Below, piece by piece: positions 15,601 through 27,600 of a stretch of DNA of 64,000 nucleotides (positions within the stretch are counted from its first letter, which is position 1; each line of letters starts with the position of its first letter). The notes under the pieces are model-generated. The model did not search any database. It saw nothing but the letters and a program-made list of their open reading frames with translations, and had not been told where the DNA came from. The translations under genes and the position numbers were made by a program. The DNA is taken from IMG/VR virus record IMGVR_UViG_3300032236_001081, positions 1 to 64,000 of that record. One strand, given 5' to 3'. The DNA is from a virus.

Positions 15601-18600
15601 CTGGGATATCTTCAACTACAATTTCTCCAGTATTTACCCCTATTGTACTAGGAGAATTTGAAAGCTTATTTATAGAAAATTATGGCACTAACTATGGTTC
15701 TTCTGATATTATAAACTTCAATAGAAGGCCAAATGTAAAAATTCAAACTCCATCTATAGACGCACTACTTAATCCAATTATACTTGAAGGAAAAATTGTT
15801 GGAGTTCAGATTTTATCTGGTGGAGCTGGATATGGAAAAGATATTGATATTGTAATTGAGGGTTCTGGAAAATATGCGCTATTAATTCCTACCGTTGAAA
15901 ATGGTAAAATTATAGATGTGACTGTAGTAAATTCTGGACTTGGGTATGTAAATAAAAAAACTAGCCTTCAAGTTGTAAAAAGAGGAAATTCTGCTAAATT
16001 TATAGCAAATCTAACAAAATGGACTTTAAATCAATACAAAAAATATTCAAATAAAATAAATGAGCTTACAGGAGAAGGAATTCTTATACCAAGTAATAAT
16101 GTTAAAAAAACTTTACAGTATATTAATTTTTATCCGCCAAAGAAATTAAGAGATGAAGTTGGAGATACTTCTGGAAATGCTTCTCCTATTTTAGGATGGG
16201 CTTATGATGGAAATCCGATATATGGACCCTATGTGAATTTACCTTCATCAACTTCTCCTTCAAAAGTTAGAAGTAGTTATCAATTATCTAATATAAATGT
16301 TAATACTATAAGTAGTATAAGGCCTGTCCAGTGGAATAACGGGGATTTCATAGAAGATTATAAGTATATTCCAAATTTTGGAGATTTAGATGAACATAAT
16401 GGAATGTTCATCAAAACTAATGAATTTCCTAAAGGAATATATGCGTATTTTACAACATTAGATGGTTTAAATTCTCCAGCATATCCATATGCAATAGCTA
16501 CGGAATTTAAAAATACGCCAATAATTAAAAATTTTAACGGATATGTTAATCAAGATTTAAATTTAGATTCTATTAATTTTATTAGAAATACTGGACCATA
16601 TTATCTAAATTCCGAAAATTCCGGATATTTACCAATAAGTAAAATTGAGCCAAAATATAAGCAAGAATTTATAGTAAATAATATTATTAAGTCTGGAATA
16701 GATTCTATTGGTATAGTATCTCCAGGTGATAATTTTATGGTTGGAGATAGGCTTCAATTTGAAAATATTCCAAATACTATTAGTCCAAGCTGCTCCGTAT
16801 CAAATATTAATGGAGTTCCTTTAACTAATATAGCAGTAGGTATTTCTACTTTAAAAAATGTAACATTTAAAAATAAAAATAATATAATTACAGGTATTAC
16901 GACAATACCTCATAATTTAGTATCAAATGATGTTGTTGTGATATCTTCAATTTCTTCTAATCAATATTCATCTTTAGAAGGAAGTAAAACTATTTCAGTA
17001 AGTCAAAAAACAACCGGGATTACAGTAGGCATCTTATCATCAACAGATACTGGAGTATCTACTGCGATTTCCGTCAATGATGTTTCTGGATTTAATATTG
17101 ATGATTATATTAAAATTGATTCTGAAGTATTGAAAATTAGAGATATTAAAATCAATCAATCTCAACTACTTGTAGATAGAAGTAATGATGGAGGAATTCA
17201 TACTGCTGGCGTATCTTTAGTTAATCTTCTTCCCACTAAATTTACATTTAATGAGCCTAAATTTAATGCCAATTTAAAAAGTAATTCTGTTGTATATTTT
17301 AATCCTTCAAATAGTATAGGGTTAGGAACTACTGGAACTACTTATATTGATTATGGCAATACAACTTATTTTGCTCCAGCCCAATCAATCTATATTGAAA
17401 ATCACAAATATTATACAGGTCAGCCCCTAACATATAAGGTGGGAATTGGAGGAACTGGATTGGTCGTGTCAAATTCTCCAACTTCACCTCAATTTAAATT
17501 AATTGATGGTCAAATAGTATATGCAGTAAATTATGGTGCTAACTTTGTAGGTCTATCTACATTAGGATTTACTACCAGTACTGGAATAGGTGTTAGTTAT
17601 AATTCATTATACTTTAGAGATAATAGCAATTCCCTAGGAAATTCTCATAACTTTACTACTCAATATGATTTAATCAGTGGAACAACTGAAAGATATACTA
17701 TAACTGCTAATACAAAATCTCCACATTTATTATCAACTAATGATATAATTGATTTTAAAGTGATAACCTCCGATGCAGTTGATGTTGAATTAAATTATAA
17801 TTCAACTATTCGTAAAATAACTACTCCGCCTCTTACTTTTAATGCATCAACTGAAGTTAATGTTACAACATCTACAATTTATATTTCAGATGATTCGCTT
17901 CAAACTGGGGATAAAGTTGTATATACGAATTCAACCAATCCTTCTATTGGTGGATTAGTTGATAATGAAAGATATTTTGTATTAAGAGAAAGCCCAAATG
18001 CAATCAAATTGACTCAATATTATGATGACATATCTAAAAATAATTATGTCAAGTTAACTAGCACTAGTACTGGCACCCATTCAATTGCAAAAGTAAATCC
18101 ACTAATTTATTTAAATAAAGGAAATAAATACGAATTTATAGGAATTGGTACATATATTAAACTATACAAAGATTCAAATTACTTCTACGAATTGGAACCA
18201 TATAGGTATACCTCATTTACCTTAGATACCATTAATCAAGAGTACCCACAGGAGTTATATTATACTTTATCGCCTTTATCCGGGAGACCAGTATCTTTAG
18301 ATACTGATGTAATATCTGGAGGTAGAATTGTACTACTTGAAAATTCATATGATGGTAGATATTCAGTAATTCCAACTTCTGATACTTCATTCAGATTGAA
18401 CTTAAAAAATAAACCTCGTTATTTGGGAACTATTAATTTTAATAAGGCAACATATTCTACAACTTCAAAAACTGCTAAAGGTCCCATAAAAACTATTAAA
18501 GTAAATCAAAAGGGGAAATTTTATAATAAAATACCTAAAATTACTTCAATACTCACAACCTCTGGAAGTGGTGAATTATTAACTACAGTTTCTAGTACGA

Positions 18601-21600
18601 TAGGAAAAGTTGATACATTAGAAAGAGTTAAAGATGGATTTGATTATCCCACAGATGGCACACTATTGCCAAAATTATCTATACCTACTATTGCAATATT
18701 AAATAAAGTTTCTAATGTTAAATCCGTAGATGTGCTTTATGGAGGAAAAAATTATAATACTCCACCAAACTTGAAAGCAATTGGAAATAATGTATTACAA
18801 TTAACTACAGAACTTAAAGGAAATAGTGTATCTAAGGTAAGTATTATAGTAAATGATAATTCTCTTGATACACCACTATCAATAGTGCCTGTAAATAATT
18901 CTAATGGATTTGATATTATTGGAATAACAACTTCATCAACTAGAAATAGTATTGAACTAGACACTACATCTTATCCTTCATTATCTGGTGTGTTCCCATT
19001 TAGTGTGGGAGATGAAATTTTTATAGAAAACTGCAGTATCACCTCAGAGGTTCAAAAGAATTATAATTCTAAAGATTATAATTATAGATTTTTTAAAGTA
19101 ACCTCAGTAAATCAGAATACTTCAACTATAGAATATGATATAACTGGATTATTTGGATTTGGTACTTACACTTTAGAAAAGGGCTATGGTACGGTAGTTA
19201 ATCGTAAAGATATGGCTACTTTTAAGATGAATATAACTGATGATATTAATTATATTTCTGGTGAAAAACTAATTGGATTTAATACTACTGGAAATCAAAC
19301 CTTTACTGGATATGTAATGGAAGATGGGTGGGATAGTAAAATAAAGCAGATAAGAATTAATAAGTCTGAAGGGGAATTGGATATTGGATACCGATTGAAA
19401 GGAGAATTATCAAATCTCAAGGGAGAAATTACAAATGTAAATAATTTCAATCTAAAATCAAAATTAGGAGTATCTAGAGATAAAATAAATTATACTCAAG
19501 ATGATATTGGAGATTTAAATAATTCATTACAAAAAATATCGGATAATAATTATTATCAGAATTTTTCTTATGCTATAAGAGGTGAGGTTCCATATAGTGA
19601 TTGGAAAGAACCTGTACATTCAGTAATTCACCCTTCAGGATATAGAGAATTTTCAGATTTAGAAGTTATTAGTCAGGCAGGTAAACCTGTTGGAATGAAG
19701 ACTACTACTAACAATGAAGTAACTTTAATCGTAAAAATAGATAATGAAGTATCATTGCATACTCGTGATAATTTTGCAATTGCTTATGATGAAACCCAAC
19801 TTAATCAGTCATATGCTGAAAGAATAAGTTTTGGTGCAATTGAGCCTTGGAATGTTGCTGGAGTTGGGTTAACTGCAATTAAAGGTATTGACTTATTGCC
19901 TTATATTTTAAATAATACAAATAAAGTAATTGAAATTGATGATATTAGTGAGCAGTTTACTGGAACTAATGCTGAAATAAACATACAATCTAATATACCA
20001 GTAACTTTTAATCCACAATATCCATATAACTTAGGAGTATCTACTGCGGGACTATCAGTTGGAGATATTGTTGGTTATTCTACTTATCATACATATCCAG
20101 AAAATACTGGTATTACTTCAATCGGAATTGAAAGTGTATTTACATTATATCCACATAAGTCATATTCAGGAATAGTGACTGAGAGTTTAAGTTTTTCTAG
20201 AAGATTAAATGGAAATATAGTATCTGGAATTAGTTCATTTAAATTAACTAATAAAACTACTCCTCTTTTCAGTAGGACTTTTAATTCTAATGATAGTTCT
20301 ATTGTAAATTTAACCACATACAGTTTTAATATTAATAATCATAACTTACAAACTGGTCAAAAAATATTCTATTCTTATCAGGGTGGAACTCCTATTAGAA
20401 TTGCTACTACTAATTTAGTTTTAGGTGGAATATCTACAAATATACTACCTTCAACTTTATATGTCAATAAAATTAATGATAATAGTTTCCAAGTGGCTGG
20501 GCTATCTACATCTATAAGATTAGAATTGACTAGTTTGGGAATAGGAACTCATAAATTTACTGTGGACAATCCAAATGTTAATGCTTTAATTTCTATTGAT
20601 AATATCATACAGAAACCAATTTACAATAGACCAATTACTTTAGGGTTAGTAAATAATGCTAATGTGGGAATAACTTCAATTTATGTGAATTCTGGAATAA
20701 GTTCTATTTCAACTATTGATATTCTTAAAATTGATGAGGAACTTCTAAAAATAATTAATGTAGGTATAGGTTCAACTAATGTAATAAATGTTAAACGAGG
20801 GTTCCTAGGAACTCAGGAGAAGAACCATACATCTGGGTCTAGTATTAATATCATTAGAGGTGACTATAATATTATTGAAGATACTATATTCTTTACATCT
20901 CCTCCACAAGGTCCTACTGGATTAGAAGGTCTAAAAGTATCGTCTTCTTTCTCGGGTAGAGTATTCAGTAGAAAATTTGACCCTACATATCCAGATGATA
21001 AAAATATTATTTTTGATGATATATCGGACCAGTTTACAGGACTATCTACATTCATCTTAAAACAAAATCAAAATAGTATAACGCAAATTTATAATAATAG
21101 GAATTATGGAACTGATGCAAGTAATAACCCACTGATATTCATAAACAATATATTACAAGTTCCTGAAACTGATTTTACAATTCAAAATAATAGTGTAAAT
21201 GAAATTAGTTATCTAACGGGAATTCCAAATTCTGGTAAGATTTTAAATGTTGGTATCAATACAGCCTTCGGCTATGTGCCTCTTATAGGTGCTGCTGCAA
21301 CCGTTTCGGTGTCTGGATTTGGCACTATCTCCAATGTGTATCTTACAGGGGCAGGGACTGGCTATAGAACTCCTCCATACATTAGCCTAGGCTCTACAGT
21401 TGGGCAAGGAGCTTCTATTATTGCTAATGTAGGTACATCCGGAACTATTACTGGGTTTACTATCGTAAATCCAGGAAGTGGTTATACTTCAACTGCAGTT
21501 CCTATTGTAAATATTGATACTCCTCTACCATACTATAACTTAGATGTGGAATATGCCCCAGGAAATTCTGGATTAGGTACAGGAGCCAAAGTATCAATTT

Positions 21601-23090
21601 CAGTTGCAAGTGATACAACTATCGGTAGTTTCTTATTAAATGACCCAGGTTCCCTATACAAAGTAGGAGATATCTTAAAAGTAGTAGGATTGACTACAAA
21701 TCCTACTGTAGGAAACTTATTTGATGAGTTTAGATTAACTGTAACTGAAACTGTTTCTGATATTTTTAGTGGATATTATCCTGGACAATTTATACAATTT
21801 AATGATATTTCAAATAAGTTTAATGGTTTTGAAAGATTATTTGACATAAAAACTCCTGTAAATGGGATTGATACTAGGATTACATTTAAAGTTCCTCCTG
21901 GTTCAGATTTAGTTATTGAAAATAATTTCTTTATTCTTATTAATGGCATCTTACAAGTGCCAACTGTAGCATACAGATATTTTGCTGGAAGAATACAATT
22001 TACAGAGCCTCCATCTTCTGGCTCTACTTGCACTATATTATTCTATAGAGGTTCTAGCTCTGATGTGGAGGAAGTTACTCCAGTCCAAACTATAAAAGAT
22101 GGTGATATTTTACAATCTAGACAAAATGTAACTTCTACAGTAACTACCGAACAGCTAGAACGAGTTGTTAAAAGAATAGTACAATCAAATACTTTAGATA
22201 CTTTTGTTTATACTGGATATGGTATTACGAATACTGCTAGACCTTTAAGTTGGACTAAACAAACTGCTGATAGAATTATTAATGGCTCTTTGATTTCCAA
22301 ATCAAGAACAACTTTAAAATCTAATATTACTCCGAACACATTCTTAATTAAATCTGTAGGTATCACTGATACTGCAATTTATGTAAATGATGCATTCCCA
22401 TATTTCAGTGAATTGGATTCTGGTCCGACTAAATTACCAGAATTCAAGAGAAATATTAATATTTTAGATTATACTTCTTTAGACTTAATAAAATATGAAA
22501 AACTAGTCTCAGTGAAAGTTAAAGGTGATTATGGTACTATAGTTGGAATTAATACATTTATATCTTCTGTTGGAATACAAACAGGAAGATTAGAATTTAA
22601 ATTAAAATCAAATACATATAACAATAATGATTTAGGAATTGGATATAGTTCTTTAAATACTTTTGGAATTAATTCAAGTCAACTAGAAATTGGGGACTAC
22701 TTTGTAATTTCTAATAGTAATGTAATATGCGGACACGCACTGACTGGAATAACTGATAGTTTAGGGGGAATGTCTAATTATCCAAATTCAAAAGTTGGAA
22801 CTGCAAGAAGTTTTATTGATGGTGTTTATAGAGTGGAGGGGGTAACTGCTGCAAATGCCGGAATTGTTACTGTTAGTTGTAATTTTGTTGCTGTAGATGG
22901 TGGACTATCTGTAAATATTGCAGGATTATCTCAAACTACTTTCTATGGAAATTATAGTTGGGGTAAATTTTACGATTATGATAACCGACAATTGGGAACT
23001 CCTAAGCAATTTGATGTGAATACTAACGATGGGCTAATTGGACTATCTACTTCATCTCAGGTTTCTAGAACAGTACCTCTATTACTTTGA
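12612..23090 (+). CDS. g7: Baseplate wedge initiator gp7-like giant protein, 3492 aa
   Basis: Between g6 and g8; DFYASKGT..SYKLLF..LYG; DNNYYQNFSY.I...W...V..HPSG. Confidence 0.85.
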   Translation: MSEIKRIKIQNLIESQIPEFLNEESPLFQEFLKQYYTSQEYTTGLNDLAINLNQYKGIENFNAETFYNSCKLSSNVLSFDNEISVNSTFGFPSSYGLLKIDNEIITYTGITTNSFTGCVRGFSGIDANSDHSELIFKSTSVEEHSSGSKVFNLNLLFFSEIFKKFKSQYLLGFEDRKFYSQISLQNILTRAKDFYASKGTDTSYKLLFKVLYGKDISIVDPKNFTIKPSNNPALVTKNIVVEKISGVGDPIDLIGKTISQAIPGGRTASAAIYNVEYRKTDNRDLYEISLDSESFIYNFIPTKKTNVVETININSTSISVDSTVDFPSSGTVYIKPANSFTSIPINYQNKSANQFLNVSGINIEVPFNSDIIEDNFAYSTLDNGNILKFRIFNIIESVDYSKTSNLRVGDKIYLSSFGENYQDFPEYNSWMYNLPTYHNISNINGNIITTVDNILLYKGDTIVLSDTTIPNNPTLIVPVDSIISKNKFTVLGVLPNIRYNRIQKVINKSRLNPNISSRIQNTYIDTSTDNIVTLSSGLPDYKDIVLDNREVGLTITGVGTYIFSTTDTHYFYTGEKIHFTPSLGFSGLSTGTYFVNRYSNTSISLAYSYSNLYANNYIGIQTSISNIGTIVKLGYEGKNDSILDHQKLLKIFNINNKNNEDTTLSKNTIGKSLGLLINGVELYSSAIFNEGYYYGQINDIAISNSGKDYDVINAPTIQISDEGGEGAGAQVYANMRGTVRAIRVISPGIGYQVKPKISIIGGNGYGAVLESNLVQSPIISYFLGSAISLNVITFAGTHKFQDTEQVIYQNNSNPELVGLTNNSTYYVGVINSTQIKLYRNRDDSINKTNAIVIGNNDTGIYYLTTVDIKNTITEVYVKDSGKNYSSKTIKLSSSEYIDDTTVGISTFDNYILVKNHNLREKDIVVYSTTNTVISGLSTTNQYIVSVIDTNKFRLAEADSTDFYYNYSNNRFVNLNSIGSGTHTFKYPPIQVVVETTSGISSTTISPVFTPIVLGEFESLFIENYGTNYGSSDIINFNRRPNVKIQTPSIDALLNPIILEGKIVGVQILSGGAGYGKDIDIVIEGSGKYALLIPTVENGKIIDVTVVNSGLGYVNKKTSLQVVKRGNSAKFIANLTKWTLNQYKKYSNKINELTGEGILIPSNNVKKTLQYINFYPPKKLRDEVGDTSGNASPILGWAYDGNPIYGPYVNLPSSTSPSKVRSSYQLSNINVNTISSIRPVQWNNGDFIEDYKYIPNFGDLDEHNGMFIKTNEFPKGIYAYFTTLDGLNSPAYPYAIATEFKNTPIIKNFNGYVNQDLNLDSINFIRNTGPYYLNSENSGYLPISKIEPKYKQEFIVNNIIKSGIDSIGIVSPGDNFMVGDRLQFENIPNTISPSCSVSNINGVPLTNIAVGISTLKNVTFKNKNNIITGITTIPHNLVSNDVVVISSISSNQYSSLEGSKTISVSQKTTGITVGILSSTDTGVSTAISVNDVSGFNIDDYIKIDSEVLKIRDIKINQSQLLVDRSNDGGIHTAGVSLVNLLPTKFTFNEPKFNANLKSNSVVYFNPSNSIGLGTTGTTYIDYGNTTYFAPAQSIYIENHKYYTGQPLTYKVGIGGTGLVVSNSPTSPQFKLIDGQIVYAVNYGANFVGLSTLGFTTSTGIGVSYNSLYFRDNSNSLGNSHNFTTQYDLISGTTERYTITANTKSPHLLSTNDIIDFKVITSDAVDVELNYNSTIRKITTPPLTFNASTEVNVTTSTIYISDDSLQTGDKVVYTNSTNPSIGGLVDNERYFVLRESPNAIKLTQYYDDISKNNYVKLTSTSTGTHSIAKVNPLIYLNKGNKYEFIGIGTYIKLYKDSNYFYELEPYRYTSFTLDTINQEYPQELYYTLSPLSGRPVSLDTDVISGGRIVLLENSYDGRYSVIPTSDTSFRLNLKNKPRYLGTINFNKATYSTTSKTAKGPIKTIKVNQKGKFYNKIPKITSILTTSGSGELLTTVSSTIGKVDTLERVKDGFDYPTDGTLLPKLSIPTIAILNKVSNVKSVDVLYGGKNYNTPPNLKAIGNNVLQLTTELKGNSVSKVSIIVNDNSLDTPLSIVPVNNSNGFDIIGITTSSTRNSIELDTTSYPSLSGVFPFSVGDEIFIENCSITSEVQKNYNSKDYNYRFFKVTSVNQNTSTIEYDITGLFGFGTYTLEKGYGTVVNRKDMATFKMNITDDINYISGEKLIGFNTTGNQTFTGYVMEDGWDSKIKQIRINKSEGELDIGYRLKGELSNLKGEITNVNNFNLKSKLGVSRDKINYTQDDIGDLNNSLQKISDNNYYQNFSYAIRGEVPYSDWKEPVHSVIHPSGYREFSDLEVISQAGKPVGMKTTTNNEVTLIVKIDNEVSLHTRDNFAIAYDETQLNQSYAERISFGAIEPWNVAGVGLTAIKGIDLLPYILNNTNKVIEIDDISEQFTGTNAEINIQSNIPVTFNPQYPYNLGVSTAGLSVGDIVGYSTYHTYPENTGITSIGIESVFTLYPHKSYSGIVTESLSFSRRLNGNIVSGISSFKLTNKTTPLFSRTFNSNDSSIVNLTTYSFNINNHNLQTGQKIFYSYQGGTPIRIATTNLVLGGISTNILPSTLYVNKINDNSFQVAGLSTSIRLELTSLGIGTHKFTVDNPNVNALISIDNIIQKPIYNRPITLGLVNNANVGITSIYVNSGISSISTIDILKIDEELLKIINVGIGSTNVINVKRGFLGTQEKNHTSGSSINIIRGDYNIIEDTIFFTSPPQGPTGLEGLKVSSSFSGRVFSRKFDPTYPDDKNIIFDDISDQFTGLSTFILKQNQNSITQIYNNRNYGTDASNNPLIFINNILQVPETDFTIQNNSVNEISYLTGIPNSGKILNVGINTAFGYVPLIGAAATVSVSGFGTISNVYLTGAGTGYRTPPYISLGSTVGQGASIIANVGTSGTITGFTIVNPGSGYTSTAVPIVNIDTPLPYYNLDVEYAPGNSGLGTGAKVSISVASDTTIGSFLLNDPGSLYKVGDILKVVGLTTNPTVGNLFDEFRLTVTETVSDIFSGYYPGQFIQFNDISNKFNGFERLFDIKTPVNGIDTRITFKVPPGSDLVIENNFFILINGILQVPTVAYRYFAGRIQFTEPPSSGSTCTILFYRGSSSDVEEVTPVQTIKDGDILQSRQNVTSTVTTEQLERVVKRIVQSNTLDTFVYTGYGITNTARPLSWTKQTADRIINGSLISKSRTTLKSNITPNTFLIKSVGITDTAIYVNDAFPYFSELDSGPTKLPEFKRNINILDYTSLDLIKYEKLVSVKVKGDYGTIVGINTFISSVGIQTGRLEFKLKSNTYNNNDLGIGYSSLNTFGINSSQLEIGDYFVISNSNVICGHALTGITDSLGGMSNYPNSKVGTARSFIDGVYRVEGVTAANAGIVTVSCNFVAVDGGLSVNIAGLSQTTFYGNYSWGKFYDYDNRQLGTPKQFDVNTNDGLIGLSTSSQVSRTVPLLL

Positions 23091-23116
23091 TAAATATATG
23101 AAAGTATTAAGTTAAA

Positions 23117-24667
23117 ATGCCTGCAATTATATCAGACCAATTTAGAATAATGAATGCAGAAACTTTTGTTAAATCACTAGTTTCTATTGGTAGCACTGCA
23201 AATAAATATTATACTTTTATAGGTCAGCCAAATTCATTAAATCCAGAAGCAGGAGGAGATGTAACTTGGCAAGCATCTCCTCCGCCACCATTGGATAGTT
23301 TTGTATATGAAAATAATATAAAAGATACGATAATAACTTTAAAAAAAATATTAACTTCAGATGTCTCTAGAGTTATTAGAAAGGAGCAGTGGACATCGGG
23401 AACTACTTATGAGATGTATAAAAATGATTATAGTGCATATAATGTTTCACCTATAACAAATGAAACTACTTTATATAATGTAAATTATTATGTAATAAAT
23501 GAAGATTTTAGAGTTTATATTTGTTTAAACAATGGTGCTACTCCAGAAAATCCAAAAGGAAACCCATCATTAGAACAACCAACATTTGTAGGATTAGAAG
23601 CAAGCCCAGCTGGAACTAGTGGGGATGGATATATTTGGAAATACTTATATACAATTAAACCTATTGAATTTGTAAAATTTGATAGTGTAAATTATATTCC
23701 TGTTCCCGAAAACTGGGGAAGTAGTGGGGAAAGTATTTCAATAAAGAATAATGCAACTGATGGAAAAATAGAAGTGGTGTCCATCAGAGATAGAGGAGTG
23801 GGATATACAAAATCTACCACTTATAATAACATCCCTATATTAGGAGATGGCACTGGAGGAAAGGTTACAATTGTAACTAATTCTTTTGGAGAGGTTTCGG
23901 AGATTATCGTTACGAATGGGGGAATAGGATATACTAGAGGTATTATTAAATTTGAACCAGGAGCCCCTGGAATTCCTTCAACTCTAAGTCTGGAAAATAG
24001 AAATAATTCCGCTCAATTTGATGTGATTATACCACCCAAAGGAGGACACGGGTATGATGTGTATAGAGAACTTGGAGCATATAGAGTTTTAGTATATTCT
24101 CGTTACGAAACTGACCAAGATAACCCCGATGCAATTGTTGGAAATGATTTTGCTACTGTTGGAATTATAAAAAATCCAACAGTTAATACCGATAATACTT
24201 ATGCAAGTGGATTAAAATCTTTAAAATTAAAGACTACTTCAACTAATACAGACTATCCAGTAGATAATGTAATTACTCAAACTATAAGCACTGGGACTAC
24301 TGCTATTGGATTTGTTGCATCTTGGGATAATATTACTGGAGTATTGAAATATTATCAACCTGTAGGACTAGCTAAAAGTGAAGTTAGTTATGTTATAAAT
24401 GATTTTAGTTCAACTGTTGGGGTAGGAGGAAGTACTCTTATTAATTGTAGTTCTACTCCTTCTCCATTATCAATTGATACTTCATTTAGTGGAATTTCTA
24501 CCACCATAAATAATAAAATCTATCGTCTAGGAACTACTTTCAAATCAGGCATTTCTTCCTCAGAATATGTAAGAGGTTCCGGGGAACTACTTTACATAGA
24601 TACCAGGCAAGCAATTCCAAGGTCTGTAAGTCAAAAAGAAGATATCAAAATAATACTGGAGTTCTGA
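23117..24667 (+). CDS. g8: Baseplate wedge subunit gp8
   Basis: MPAIISDQFRI, VYICL.N, DGYIWKYLYTI, QKEDIKIILEF. Confidence 0.92.
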   Translation: MPAIISDQFRIMNAETFVKSLVSIGSTANKYYTFIGQPNSLNPEAGGDVTWQASPPPPLDSFVYENNIKDTIITLKKILTSDVSRVIRKEQWTSGTTYEMYKNDYSAYNVSPITNETTLYNVNYYVINEDFRVYICLNNGATPENPKGNPSLEQPTFVGLEASPAGTSGDGYIWKYLYTIKPIEFVKFDSVNYIPVPENWGSSGESISIKNNATDGKIEVVSIRDRGVGYTKSTTYNNIPILGDGTGGKVTIVTNSFGEVSEIIVTNGGIGYTRGIIKFEPGAPGIPSTLSLENRNNSAQFDVIIPPKGGHGYDVYRELGAYRVLVYSRYETDQDNPDAIVGNDFATVGIIKNPTVNTDNTYASGLKSLKLKTTSTNTDYPVDNVITQTISTGTTAIGFVASWDNITGVLKYYQPVGLAKSEVSYVINDFSSTVGVGGSTLINCSSTPSPLSIDTSFSGISTTINNKIYRLGTTFKSGISSSEYVRGSGELLYIDTRQAIPRSVSQKEDIKIILEF

Positions 24668-24673
24668 TAAAAA

Positions 24674-27600
24674 ATGGCTCAAAATACAAATCTCAACATT
24701 TTTCCATATTATGATGATTTTGACCCTTTAAAAAATTATTATAAAGTACTATTTAAACCAGGAGTTTCCATTCAAGCAAGGGAAATTACTACATTACAAT
24801 CTATCTTACAAAATCAAATTGAAAGATTTGGTAATCATTTTTTTAAAGAAGGTTCTGTAGTTATACCTGGGCAAATTGCTTATGATTTTAATTATACTTG
24901 TGTTGAAATTAACGATTCTCATTTAGGTATTCCAGTATCTGCATATATTGATAAGCTTGTAGGTAAATTGATTCAGGGGGAAACTAGTGGAATTAAAGCA
25001 AAAATAGATAATTATATTACTAATGTAGATTCAGATAGATCAAATTATACCCTTTATATAAAGTACCAAAGTTCTGATACTACTAATTTCAAATTAAGTA
25101 AATTTAATGATACTGAAAATTTGATTGTCCTTGAGGATGTTGATTATTCATTATCTTCATTGCGAGCAAATTCTACTTTTGCAACTACAATTTCTTCAGA
25201 ATCTACTTCCGTAGGAACTGCTGCGAAAATAGCAAAAGGTATATATTTTATTAGGGGATATTTTGTAGAAGTTTCATCACAAACAGTCATTTTAGACCAA
25301 TACACGAATACTCCATCATATAGAATTGGACTATCAATTCAAGAAGATTTTGCTGTAGCATCTAATGAATATGATGACCTATTTGATAACGCTCAGGGAT
25401 TTTCAAATTATACATCATCAGGTGCAGATAGATTAGTTATTAATACTACTTTAATTAAAAAATCGTTAAATGACTTTAACGATGAGAATTTTATTGAATT
25501 ATTGAGAGTAAGAAATGGTATTGTAGAGAAAATTACAAAAACTACAACTAATAACTTATTAACTGAGGAACTTGCAAGAAGAACTTATGATGAGTCTGGA
25601 GACTATTATGTGAAACCATTTAAAGTTGCATTAAATGAATCATTAAATAATAAAATTGGAAATAATGGCATTTATAATCTCGGTCAACAAACTAAAAGTG
25701 GAGGAAGCCCTTCTGATGATTTAGCCTGTCTCAGTATAGATGTAGGTAAGGCATATGTTAGAGGATATGAAGTAGAACCTCCTACTGCTTCTCAAATTGA
25801 TATTAATAAGCCTAGACAGACTGCCACTGCAGTTAATGAGTCTGTGCCATTCAGCATAGGTAAACAAATAATATTAAATAATGTATATGGAAGTATTCCT
25901 GTTGGAATCAATACAACTTCTATTGTAAAATTATATAGTGATAGGACTTCAAGTGCTGGCTCTCCGTCTGGAACCGAAATTGGGGTAGCACGAGTATATG
26001 ACTTTAAACTTAAAAATTCCGAGTATGTTGATAAATCTACAAAATTTGAATGTTCTTTATATGATATTCAAACCTATACTAATATTACTTTAAATTCAAA
26101 TATTTCTTCTATAACTACTCCTGCTTTTATTGAAGGCAAAAATGGTGGAGCTTCTGGATATCTAGTATCTAATGTAACAGACTCAAATGCAGTATCATTA
26201 TATCAAGTTTCTGGAACTTTCCTAATAGGAGAGCAAATCAAAATTAATGGTATAGATGACACCAGAACTATTAGAACTGTTAGAGATTATAGTATTTCTG
26301 ATATTCATCAATTATATCAAACTGGGTTTACTGCTGATGTATTATTATCTAAGGTAGTAATACTAGGTTCTTCTAGTTCATTTTCAATTTCAGATGGGAC
26401 TTCTGGAATAAGCACAGTAACTAGTTCAAATCAAAATTTCTATTCGGGAATAAATGTAGGAGATATAGTATCATACACTATTGGAAATTCTAAATTATCC
26501 ACATATAGTAAAGTATCTACTATTAGTTCAACACTGAAATCAATAACAATTGTTCCTACGGTAGATGTGCCTAATGTATGTTTAGGTAGTTTACCAACTA
26601 CAGTATCTACTGTAAATGATTTTAAAAAAATTACATTAGAATTATTGAATACACCTAATGCTTATTTGTATTCTGAATTACATAATAAAAATATTTCAAA
26701 TTTAAACCTTAAAAGTTCTGATGTAATTATCAAAAAATCATATAATATTGCTCCCAATAGTCTTACTTCGGGTTCATATAGTGTAACATTAGAGTCTAAC
26801 CCCGATTTAACTTTAGAACCATTTGATGAAGAAGACTATACTTTAACTTTTTCAAATGGAGTTATAGTTTCATTAGATAATCAAAAATTAATACCCAACA
26901 ATAAAACTATAACAATTCAAGGTATACCTTCTGGGAATGCGAATGCGGCTACACTTACGGTAACATTTAAAAAAGTTAATACAAAGACTCGTAAAAAAAT
27001 ATATAATCCTTGCTCCACATTAATTATTAATAAAACTAGCTCAGGAGTATCTACTTCCACGAATGGACTAACTCTTAGTAATGTATACGGACTGAGAGTA
27101 GAAGATAAAGAAATATCATTAAATATTCCAGATGTTGAGTCGGTTTTAGCGATATATGAATCTTCAACTACTAATGAACCAGAACTACCATCAATTACTT
27201 TGACTGATTTAAATTCTAGTATCTTAAATTCTAGTATTGGTGAAAAAATTATTGGGACTACAAGTAATGCAGTTGCTACATTAGTTTCAATTACTAGTAA
27301 TAAAGTTAATTTAGTATATTTAAATGAAAATAAATTTGTTGCTAATGAAGAGGTTACATTTCAAGTATCTAATATAAAGGCAACTGTGTTTTCAGTTGCA
27401 TTAGGAGACAAAAATATTAGAAATTCTTATGTTTTTGATAATGGATATAGAAAAGAATTTTTAGATTTCTCAAGAATTATACGAAATTCTAACGCTGAAA
27501 GTCCAACCCGAAAACTTAAAATAGTCTACAATAATTATACTATTAAATCTGATGATGATGGTGATTTTGTTGGAGTGAATTCATATGATAAAGATAGATA

